In this document: positions 1-8,293 of the stretch, piece by piece
Layout of the letters: each line of letters begins with the position of its first letter
How positions within the stretch are numbered: the first letter of the stretch is position 1
Assembly: GCF_006345805.1 (NCBI RefSeq)
Contig: NW_021826151.1
Location: 1 to 13,335, forward strand
Direction of reading: 5' to 3'
Length of the DNA: 13,335 nt
From: Octopus sinensis
Taxonomy: Eukaryota
Program-made: the position numbers and the translations under genes
Notes under the pieces: model-generated
Told to the model about the DNA's origin: nothing
The model's input: the letters and a program-made list of their open reading frames with translations, nothing else
Databases searched by the model: none

Positions 1-520
1 TGACAAATTTGAGTGTAACACCTAGAGTAGTAAACATTACGACTCTAACTGTTACATTAACCATAAAAGCATGAAACTTTCTTATCAGTTCATGTACATC
101 TATAACAAGTGCAGCTGCAAGGCACTATATCACTTAGCAGAACTACGAGGAGGAAAATATTAGTGAGCAACCTATTCGATCTATTTGGATTTCTCAATAA
201 AAATAGAGGATTGATAAAGAAAACACACTACCCATAGCACTGTACAATCTTAAAATAACCATTCAATAGCATGCATAATCCTAAGCAAAAATATAATACC
301 GTCTGACTGAAGATGTATAAACCTAGCGGTCAAAATTTCGAGTTTTTGGTGAACAAGTCAATACGTTCACCTGTTAGAATTAAATGAGAATAATTCTCTC
401 TAGTATCACTTCTTCCAGAAGATAGATACAAATTGTGAAATTTATTTTTTACAAACCAACTGCAAAGATTTCATACAAAACCATGAAGAAAAAAAAAATC
501 CACTTCGTAAAATAAATTTA

Positions 521-862
521 GGAACGTGGCTTAGTGGCTAGGGTGTTCGGCTAACGATTGTAAGGTCTTGTGTTCGATTCCCGGTGGTGCATTGTGTTCT
601 TGAGCAAGACACTTTATTTCTTGTATCTCCACTCCATTCAGCTGGCAAAAATGAGTTGCACCCGTATATCAAAGGGCCTGCCTTGCCATATTCTGTGTCT
701 TTCTGAATTTCCCCGAGAACTACATTAAGGATACGGCTGTTTGTAGAGTGCTCAACCGAGTGCTCAGCCACTTACACGTTAATTTCGAGAGAAGGCTGTT
801 CCATCGATCACATCAACTGGACACATCATCGTCGTAACTGACGGAGTACCATCAGTAGCAGG
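521..862 (+). mobile_element. tRNA-derived SINE, near full length
   Basis: Pol III box A TGGCTTAGTGG (527-537) and box B GTTCGATTCC (572-581). These are followed by a TTGAGCAAGACACTT-type central domain shared with the copy at 6484, and the element ends at a (TATC)n array. Confidence 0.9.
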
Positions 863-883
863 ATCTATCTATCTATCTATCTA

Positions 884-945
<62 letters not shown>
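863..945. repeat. (TATC)n microsatellite
   Basis: About 20 TATC units with one interruption, directly after the SINE. Confidence 0.97.
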
Positions 946-946
<1 letters not shown>

Positions 947-1259
947 ATTTACATAATACATGCATTCACATATATACGTACCTACGCATTTATGTACTTA
1001 TGTATGTTTATATTTTTATGGATTTCCCTTCCAGCGCCAGAAGGAAGGGCGGGAAGTACTTTCGGAAAATACGCTCAAACTTGTCGGCATGCACACACAC
1101 ACACACAAACACTGAGTTATATATATATCAATGTGGAGACAGGCATTCACAAATACATGCATGATCTTTCGCTTATTTATGCAGACACACCTCATCAATC
1201 ATGCTCTATCCCTGTCACCCTTGGTTTCTGCTTCCCTATGTCTGTATACAACACATGCC

Positions 1260-1450
1260 CCACCCCCACGCACGCACACACACGCAAGCACATGGTAGAC
1301 ATATATATATATATATATATATACACACGTACAAAACGGGTTGTGTGCATACATACATATTATATATATATATATATATATATAATATGTATGCACCAAC
1401 CCGTTTGTATGTGTTTCTCTCTCTTTCGGTACGTGTATATATATACATAC

Positions 1451-1542
<92 letters not shown>

Positions 1543-1648
1543 ATTATTTGTGTATATAATATATATATGTATATATTTGTAATGTATGTATGCATGTTTC
1601 CTTGTATATGTGTGTGTGTGTGTATGCGCGTGTGTAAATATATATGTA

Positions 1649-1679
<31 letters not shown>

Positions 1680-1690
1680 TTATCTATCTA
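1260..1690. repeat. Compound (CA)n/(TA)n/(CATA)n/(TG)n/(TC)n microsatellite region
   Basis: Directly visible dinucleotide and tetranucleotide runs. Confidence 0.95.
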
Positions 1691-2332
1691 TGTAGACATG
1701 TATATATGCGATTTAAAGATGTCAATAGTGTCTCCTGTATTTTGATAAAACATGTGACAAAGGGGACGACGACGACGACGGTGACATCGACAACGAAGAT
1801 TCACCAATTTAATCTGGCTAGCCCTAAATATCAACAATATAAATAAAACATTAGACCGCATCGCCATTCTCTCCCATAAAATTTCAAAAATACATTCCGT
1901 TTCCATCGAACGCCATTTTGTCGTCCACCGACTTTCTCATCCTTTCGAAAATGATAGGTCTGACCGTTTGAATTGGAACAGCAATCGAGACGTTTGGTTG
2001 TGTGCAACGCGTAATTTATTAAAACGATGCAAAAAGCTTTTGGCTATATGTTTTGTAAAATAATTGCCAATTGATTTCAAATGCACAAACATAATAATAA
2101 GTTCTGAGCTATGGACCTGATAGTGGTAATAATTGATACATTAATGGTAGTGGTGATTGATGAAAAATCCAATATTGTTGGCATTGTTGGACGGTAGAGG
2201 GGCGAAATCGATAGAGCAGCTCGTGCAATGTCTTATGATGTATTTAGCTATGTTACTTTATTAAATAGATTTTCGCATTTCCTTATAATCTTTATATTTA
2301 ATTCGAAATAATGGCATTCCTATGACCGTAAG

Positions 2333-2372
2333 CGTTCCAAGGCCTTTTCTGTCTCATCATCAGAATGAAACG
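2333..2372 (-). ncRNA. Degenerate minimal hammerhead-like motif
   Basis: Minus strand reads CTGATGA-TG(AGA)CA-GAA-AAGGCCTT-G. Both core boxes are intact, with a 2-bp stem II and a palindromic stem III. Position 17 is G and stem I is only partly paired. Confidence 0.35.
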
Positions 2373-2388
2373 AAGGCTGCGTTGTGGT

Positions 2389-2617
2389 CTTTTACGTTTT
2401 ATTTTTTACTTGTTTTTGCTATTCGACTGCAGCCATGCTAGGGCAACACATTAAAGAGTTTAAACGAACATATCAACTCCAGGACTTGTTTTTTAAAGCC
2501 TGGTACTTATTCTGTCGACCCTTTTGTCAGATTCGCTACATTACGGAGACGTAAGCAAACAAACACCGGTCGTCAAGCAGTAGTGGAGGACAAACGCAAG
2601 GAAAGACAAGAATACTC

Positions 2618-2701
<84 letters not shown>

Positions 2702-2847
2702 GTCTGTCTGTCTGTCTGTCTGTTTATCTATCTCACACTCCCTCCCTCCCTCCCTCAATCCATCAATCCATCCATCCATCCATCCATCCATCCATCTATC
2801 AGTCTATCTATCTTTAATATATATATATATATATTGCTATGTCTATC

Positions 2848-2879
<32 letters not shown>

Positions 2880-3012
2880 TGTATGTATGTATGTATGTAT
2901 GTATGTATGTACATACAACGGACTCCTTTCAGTTCCGTGTTTCTGTCTACCAAATCCGAACACCAGGCTTCGGTCGACCCGAAGTTAAAGCACAATACTA
3001 TGCCCAAGTGGT
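2389..3012 (-). mobile_element. 5'-truncated SINE (second family) with an internally expanded microsatellite
   Basis: The core at 2913-3012 (minus: CTTGGGCA...TTCGGGTCGACCGAAGCC...GATTTGGTAGAC) overlaps and continues the sequence of the head at 6352-6459. The 3' module at 2389-2600 resembles the recalled Octopus SINE tail ending GAAACAAGTAAAAG. Joining the two modules across the microsatellite relies on my recalled consensus. Confidence 0.7.
2618..2912. repeat. Compound (TATC)(TGTC)(TCCC)(TCCA)(TA)(TATG) microsatellite
   Basis: Successive tetranucleotide blocks visible in the sequence. Confidence 0.97.
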
Positions 3013-3084
3013 CTTCTGAACTTTATAGTTTCTTTCAATATCAACACATTCAGTTACCTCCCTTCTGAAAATACTCCCGAACAT

Positions 3085-3409
3085 ATGTATTACACACTTA
3101 CTCACATATGTTTTTGTTTGAATCCTATCCACACACACATACATATACATACATACACACACATACATACATACATGCATACAAACATACATTCATACAA
3201 ACATACATACATATACACATACACGCATACATACATAAATACATACATACATATATACATATGTGTATACATTCAATTGTGTATATATATATATATATAT
3301 ACAAGCATATATATATACATACATGCTTATATGCATATATATATATATACACGATCGACTTCGACATGAAATTCAAGTCACAAGAAAGGAATTCAGATGA
3401 TATATATAT

Positions 3410-3441
<32 letters not shown>

Positions 3442-3630
3442 GTAAAACATACAAACATACATATATACGTATGTACATATATACACTCAAACATACATCG
3501 ATATATACATGCCTACATCGATACTTATGTGCCTCTGTGTGTGCGTGTACACTTACATGTATTCACTCACATACGCAGATCCACATGAAGTATATATATA
3601 TATATATATATATATATGCATATGTATATT
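3085..3630. repeat. Degenerate (CATA)n/(CA)n/(TA)n region
   Basis: Low-complexity runs with short unique islands. Confidence 0.93.
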
Positions 3631-3779
3631 AGAATCGGTAGTAGATGTTCTGTAACAGTTGCATGACTTCCCTATGTATTTGCTGTTTGCCGAAACCAAT
3701 GCAAAGAACAAGAAATGCCAAAAAAAGAAAATGGCAAACATAAATCCCACCTTGCAAAAGAGCAACAATAGTTACAATA

Positions 3780-4012
3780 TTTAAGTAAATAATTAAAGAA
3801 TGAATGGAAATAAAAGAATGTTAGCTGAAGGAAAAAGAAATGAAAGTATAACTACCCAAAAAGGAAAAAGAGGCACTATGAAGAAATATAAACGAAAAGA
3901 ATCTCGCATGGGAAGAAGAGAAAATTGAAGCCCCCCCCCTCCAAAAAAAAAAGAATACATAGGGTAAATCATTTAAAATACAAGCTGGATCAAGATGACA
4001 AGAGAAAGCTAA

Positions 4013-4044
<32 letters not shown>

Positions 4045-4150
4045 TGAGAGAGAGAGAGAGAAAGAGAAAGAGGAAAGAAAGAGAAAGACTAAGAGAGGGA
4101 AGGGTGACAGAAAGGGTAGGAGAGAGAAGGAAAAAGAAAGAGTGATTGAA
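3780..4150. repeat. Purine-rich tract including (GA)n at 4019-4060
   Basis: Strong A/G bias on the + strand with a GA dinucleotide run. Confidence 0.85.
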
Positions 4151-4478
4151 AAAGTTAGGTAAAAATATGTATGAATATATAAGTGTATAATGTATGTATA
4201 TATATATATATATATGTTTTTTAAATAGATATATATATATAACTGTTATATAACATAAATAATATGTATATATATTTCAATTCATCGCAGTCCGACGATG
4301 TCTTAACTAGCCGGAACATCGAAGTAACTCTCAATTATATTCTTGTTTAAGAATAATAAATATCACACACACACACACACACACACACATACAAACACGA
4401 ACTCACTGATCTCAAACTTAACGCGGTTGTTGTTGTGTGAAGACAGAATACAGCGTTATTTACCTGGAGAGGATCTCT

Positions 4479-4631
4479 CATAAGGGCTCGTGGTTCATAA
4501 AAGCCCCCCTAATTATATCGTTGGCAGACGACAATCATCTGCTACAGCCCCCGGAACTGACGAGTCACGCGATTTCACCCTGCTATGGGTTCCTCAGTGA
4601 CAGATGTCTAGCAGTGCGATAACAGCCGAAT
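4479..4631. repeat. Direct repeat copy 1 (HHR-bearing unit)
   Basis: Aligns without gaps to 4812-4964 at 114/153 identities (hand count). Gapped similarity extends upstream to ACTTAACG at 4416 and 4763. Confidence 0.92.
4557..4603 (-). ncRNA. Type I hammerhead ribozyme, degenerate (HHR1)
   Basis: Minus strand: CTGTCA-CTGAGGA-ACCCA(TAGC)AGGGT-GAAA-TC(GCGT)GA-CT-CGTCAG. Core boxes are intact. The UH site has mutated to CU and stem I has two mismatches. Confidence 0.75.
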
Positions 4632-4811
4632 CTCCCGATAACGATATAGTGAATCTCAGTCTCTGTTCAGGTAATGGTGTTGCAAATAGCCTGTGAGATT
4701 ATTAAAAAATAATCAATGGCACCAGAAGCAGTATTAATATCAAAAGATAATCTTGAAATCTTACTTAACGTTAAGGTTGTGTTAGAATAGAAAATATTGT
4801 GTTATGTACTT

Positions 4812-4964
4812 CATAAGCACTCGTGGTACATAAAAGCACTCGTATTTATAGCGCTGACTGATGAGAATCGTCTACTACAGCCGGTGGAACAGCCAGATCA
4901 TGTGATTTCACCCTGCTAAGGCTTCTTCAGTGGCTGATGTTCAGTAGCATGATGACGGCCGTAT
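4812..4964. repeat. Direct repeat copy 2 (HHR-bearing unit)
   Basis: See copy 1; the offset is 333 bp. Confidence 0.92.
4890..4936 (-). ncRNA. Type I hammerhead ribozyme, near intact (HHR2)
   Basis: Minus strand: CAGCCA-CTGAAGA-AGCCT(TAGC)AGGGT-GAAA-TC(ACAT)GA-TC-TGGCTG. Perfect 6-bp stem I, 4/5-bp stem II, 3-bp stem III and an AUC cleavage triplet. Predicted cut between 4896 and 4895. Confidence 0.88.
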
Positions 4965-5160
4965 ATTTTCTTTTAATCTCACGTTGTTGTTTTATTTAAG
5001 AGAAATCTTTTCCAGTCCCACAAAAAAAAAAAAAAAAAATTGCATAATTACTTAACAGAAGTTATTCTTCTAATCACTAACTTTTTGTTTAATTAGTATT
5101 GTAATGTAAAGGGTTGTACAATATTTTGCCAGAAGCTAAAAATGAAGAAATTAAAAAAAG

Positions 5161-5264
<104 letters not shown>

Positions 5265-5385
5265 AACGCCTCTGAAAAAAGTTTTGGTTCTCTCGGGGCA
5301 ATGACAACTTGGAATATGAATGAATTCATATCCATCCATCCATCCATTCATATATACATACACGTACGCACATACAGACACACAC

Positions 5386-5446
<61 letters not shown>

Positions 5447-5556
5447 GTAGTAACAGAAAAGAGGAATTTCGGTTGTCCCCACGTGGTGGATTGTAATGTA
5501 TATAAAAATAAAAACGGAAAATACGCACACTTACATGGTTATAGTATAATTTTTGA

Positions 5557-5593
5557 TGTATCGACCGGTTTCGCAATCGCTATTCATGATACA
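5557..5593 (-). ncRNA. Degenerate minimal PLE hammerhead (HHR3)
   Basis: Minus strand: TGTATC-ATGAATA-GC(GATT)GC-GAA-ACCGGT-C-GATACA. Perfect 6-bp stem I, palindromic stem III and a GUC triplet. The CUGANGA box has two substitutions. Confidence 0.7.
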
Positions 5594-5869
5594 ATGTTTA
5601 ATTTATATGAAAATATATTTTTTCTTAAGAAAATGGGTCCATGTTGTTTATAATGAGATTCACGAGTGAATGATTTTACAAGTTGACAAGTAAAGGGAGG
5701 TAATTGGTTGTTATTATTGTTATTGTTGTCTGTAAGGGAGATAACTGGTTAGGTTTTGCGTGGGGAAAAATATGTGTACAGAAAGGAGGCAGGTTTAAAA
5801 AATAGGGGGGGCCTTGTTTAGTAGGGGATTTATGTACAGTGATATAATATGTAAAAATATAAAAATTGG

Positions 5870-6159
5870 TTATGCGTGCTTATTCAGACGCGTTTTGTAT
5901 TTTTCAATGAAAAAAGTTTATTTAAGCGTTCTAGTTGAGAGATTGTGTCTTTGCACTGGTAGAAAGGGAAGACTGTAAAATTTGGTTTGATGTTACCTGC
6001 ACATTTTTCTATGTGTTCACTAAGAGGGATTTGTCTGTATTGCGGGAAACGGATTTGCTCCTTATGCAGAGTAATTCTCTTCCTCAAAATTAAACTCGTT
6101 TGTCCAATGTACTGATGACTGCAACCCGAGCAGGTTATTACATAAATTAGGTTCTCAAA
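5870..6159 (-). pseudogene. GIY-YIG endonuclease of a Penelope-like element (5'-truncated, frameshifted)
   Basis: Translates as ENLIYVITCSGCSHQYIGQTSLILRKRITLHKEQIR...LSEHIEKC. After a frameshift near 5915 it continues FIEKYKTRLNKHA* (stop at 5870-5872). CxxC between the IY and YIG motifs plus two downstream His residues is the PLE CCHH signature. Confidence 0.88.
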
Positions 6160-6351
6160 GTTCACCCCAACACCACGAAGAGCTAACCATAATGAAATTA
6201 AAGACAATATTTTGGAATTCTGCAGAAAACTACGTCTCGCAGAAGCACTAACTGACTACGACAACGAAGATGAATCACTAGTCAAAAACAGAAGTAATTA
6301 CCTCCCACATAAGGGTATGAATAAAACACTGGATGACTACTGCAACCATAT
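6158..6351 (+). pseudogene. N-terminal (pre-RT) fragment of a PLE polyprotein
   Basis: Translates as KFTPTPRRANHNEIKDNILEFCRKLRLAEALTDYDNEDESLVKNRSNYLPHKGMNKTLDDYCNHI. This resembles the GLKFxPTP...F.RxLRL...KS.xxP...LD.Y region that precedes RT in PLEs. Confidence 0.75.
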
Positions 6352-6459
6352 CCGAGGCTATAGTAGAAGACACTCGGCCAAGGTGCCACGCAGTGGGACT
6401 GAACTTGGAACCATGTGGTTCGTAAGCAAGCTACTTACCACAGAGCCACTCCTACGCCT
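6352..6459 (-). mobile_element. SINE 5' head (second family), 3'-truncated
   Basis: Minus strand: AGGCGTAGGAGTGGCTCTGTGG (box A-like)...GTTCAGTCCC (box B-like)...CACCTTGGCCGAGTGTCTTCTACTATAGCCTCGG, then an abrupt switch to PLE sequence. Confidence 0.85.
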
Positions 6460-6483
6460 ACGTATATATATATATACGTATAT

Positions 6484-6777
6484 GGGAGGGCACATGGCTT
6501 AGTGGTTAGGGTGTTACACTCGCGATCATGATTTCATTTCCTAGACCGGGTGGTGCGTTTTGGTTTTTTGAGAAAAATACTTCAGTTCACGTTGCTCCAG
6601 TTTACTCACCTCTAAACGGGTCACCCTGCGACAGACTGACCTTCCGATCCGATCCGAAAAGTGCTCCGCATGGCCAGCGGGGTGGCGTCATTCGAAAGCT
6701 AAAGTGATACAAAGCGCATTTGTGACCAGCGATGTATAACAACATCCGATAATCTGGTCGTTCATACGATCACGTAA
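6484..6777 (+). mobile_element. tRNA-derived SINE
   Basis: Box A TGGCTTAGTGG (6495-6505) and a decayed box B. Head and core resemble 521-862. The tail at 6673-6760 matches the reverse complement of 12090-12176 at 75/88 (hand count). Confidence 0.88.
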
Positions 6778-6840
6778 CATACATACATACATACATACAT
6801 ACATACATACATACATACATACATACACATATATATATAT

Positions 6841-6907
<67 letters not shown>
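6778..6907. repeat. (CATA)n followed by (TA)n
   Basis: Directly visible; forms the tail of the SINE. Confidence 0.97.
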
Positions 6908-6910
<3 letters not shown>

Positions 6911-7039
6911 TGTTTCGAAAATAAAAGTTTAGATAGCAGACTTTAAAATATAGTGTCCAAAGCTTGTTTTGAGTAAGTCGTGCTAAATAAAACTTGCAGT
7001 ACACTCCGTCTTCAGTCATTGAATATATCAGTCATTGAA

Positions 7040-7134
7040 TATATATATATATATATATATATAGATATATATATATATATATATATAATATATCTATATA
7101 TATATATATATATAATAAATATATATATATATAT
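7040..7134. repeat. Interrupted (TA)n
   Basis: Directly visible. Confidence 0.95.
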
Positions 7135-7251
7135 GTATGTATCAGAACAAATTCAATCACTACTATTACAACCACAACGGTTCACTTTTAGGTCACTCGA
7201 TCATTTAAGAGGATTCTACCAGCATCCTACTACTGTCATACCACACACGCA

Positions 7252-7346
7252 TTCTTCTTCTTTTCTTCTTCTTCTTCTTCTTCTTCTTCTTCTTCTTCTT
7301 CTTCTTCTTCTTCTTCTTCTTCTTCTTCTTCTTCGTCTTCTTCTTC
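7252..7346. repeat. (CTT)n microsatellite
   Basis: About 30 units with two interruptions. Confidence 0.97.
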
Positions 7347-7678
7347 GCCGCGGCCTCCTTTCTCAACTGCTACTGCTGCTTAAACAATCAAAAACAAGAA
7401 TTCATATAAAATATTAGGACTACTACTACCCGCTGTCCGCCACCTAGGACTCACATGAGTAAAAAAAGAGAGACAGAGACAAACAGAAAAAAGGAAAATG
7501 TCCCCTTGCATGTGAAAACTATGGAAATATTTTTAAAAACGATTTCATTCAATTTTTTCATGATTTAATTGTTTTTCATGCTTTACTCTAAGTTGAAAAT
7601 GTTGCAAAGACTGAAACCGGTACTGAAATGTTCTTATGATAAAATTATTTTAGCATTTTCTACCATATATATTATTTT

Positions 7679-7680
<2 letters not shown>

Positions 7681-7743
<63 letters not shown>
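7681..7743. repeat. (TA)n
   Basis: Directly visible. Confidence 0.96.
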
Positions 7744-7744
<1 letters not shown>

Positions 7745-7754
7745 TCATATATTC

Positions 7755-8180
7755 TCACTTCCCCGAGCGTCAAACAATACACCTGCTTGTGTTCATACAC
7801 CTGTCTTTGTCTTTTGTTTTCTGTAAATTTCAACTATATATATATATAAATATCTATAAAATTTAGATTCAGATGAATATGGTACTTAAGTTGAGGCACC
7901 AGAATTTAGTACGGTATTATCCATACAATTTCAAAATAAGGTGATTAGAATCAAAATAAGCAACAAGGATATCCAGATGTAATGCAGTACGATCGTTTCA
8001 TGCGACTCCATTTAATTGAACAATGCAATCATTACATCAATTTAAAATGTAGAGCAATCTTCAGCTGCACAAAGACATAGAATTTAATTAAATTAGAATG
8101 TCACATTAGTATAATTTTACCCAAAATCTCCAAGAGGATAAGGAGATAGACAAAGAACATGTTTTACCAGCAACATCATA
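7755..8180 (-). mobile_element. Probable non-autonomous, HHR-bearing PLE-type (pLTR-like) element
   Basis: Non-coding block bounded by (TA)n on both sides and containing HHR4. Boundaries are approximate and the family assignment is inferred. Confidence 0.45.
7982..8070 (-). ncRNA. Type I hammerhead with long stem II (HHR4)
   Basis: Minus strand: GTGCAG-CTGAAGA-[58-nt hairpin]-GAA-ACGATCGT-A-CTGCAT. Catalytic core intact, GUA triplet, 6-bp stem I with one G-U, 8-nt palindromic stem III. Predicted cut between 7988 and 7987. Confidence 0.85.
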
Positions 8181-8293
8181 GTTGTATTATATATATATAT
8201 TATATATATATATATCATTTGTAAATTATAAATCCGTAATAGAAACACATTCTAAGTTATAGAGCAGTAGAGTAATTAGATAAAGATAGTTAT

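Larger units (their letters stand above)
5447..6351 (-). mobile_element. Rearranged Penelope-like retroelement fragment
   Basis: GIY-YIG domain with CCHH motif on the - strand, 3' UTR with a minimal HHR, and an inverted + strand fragment carrying the PLE-type KFTPTP...FCRKLRL motif. The left end abuts (TA)n. Confidence 0.85.

Noticed and set aside
300-350. Plus-strand CTGAAGA...CAAAATTTCG, as a hammerhead
   Set aside because: No GAAA box and no stem I or stem II complementarity.
521-600. tRNA gene call for the SINE heads (also 6484-6545 and 12280-12349)
   Set aside because: Boxes A and B are present, but there is no convincing acceptor stem or Pol III terminator and the sequence continues into SINE bodies.
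538-771. 77-aa minus-strand ORF
   Set aside because: Lies entirely antisense within a SINE.
1026-1049. CCCTTCC/GGAAGGG 7-bp hairpin
   Set aside because: Isolated short stem with no context; expected by chance.
992-1846. Overlapping ORFs of 60-196 aa rich in YI/HT/CV
   Set aside because: They are translations of TA, CA and TG repeats, which lack stop codons in several frames; no domain is recognisable.
1854-2063. CpG-containing stop-free frame (DRIAILSHK...ICFVK*)
   Set aside because: No start codon, no convincing splice acceptor and no recognisable motif.
2583-3768. ORFs rich in YLSI, MYVC and HTYI
   Set aside because: Tetranucleotide-repeat artefacts.
4479-4964. Duplicated coding exons as the explanation for the ungapped repeat
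   Set aside because: Mismatches fall 11/14/14 across the three codon positions, so there is no third-position bias; RNA structure explains them better.
6950-7020. Minus-strand CTGAAGA with GAGT/ACTC pairing, as a hammerhead
   Set aside because: AAAA replaces GAAA, there is no UH site and no stem I partner.
7588-7628. GAAACCGGTA (7613-7622), resembling a PLE hammerhead stem III on the + strand
   Set aside because: The upstream box is TTGAAAA and stems I and II do not pair; compatible with chance.
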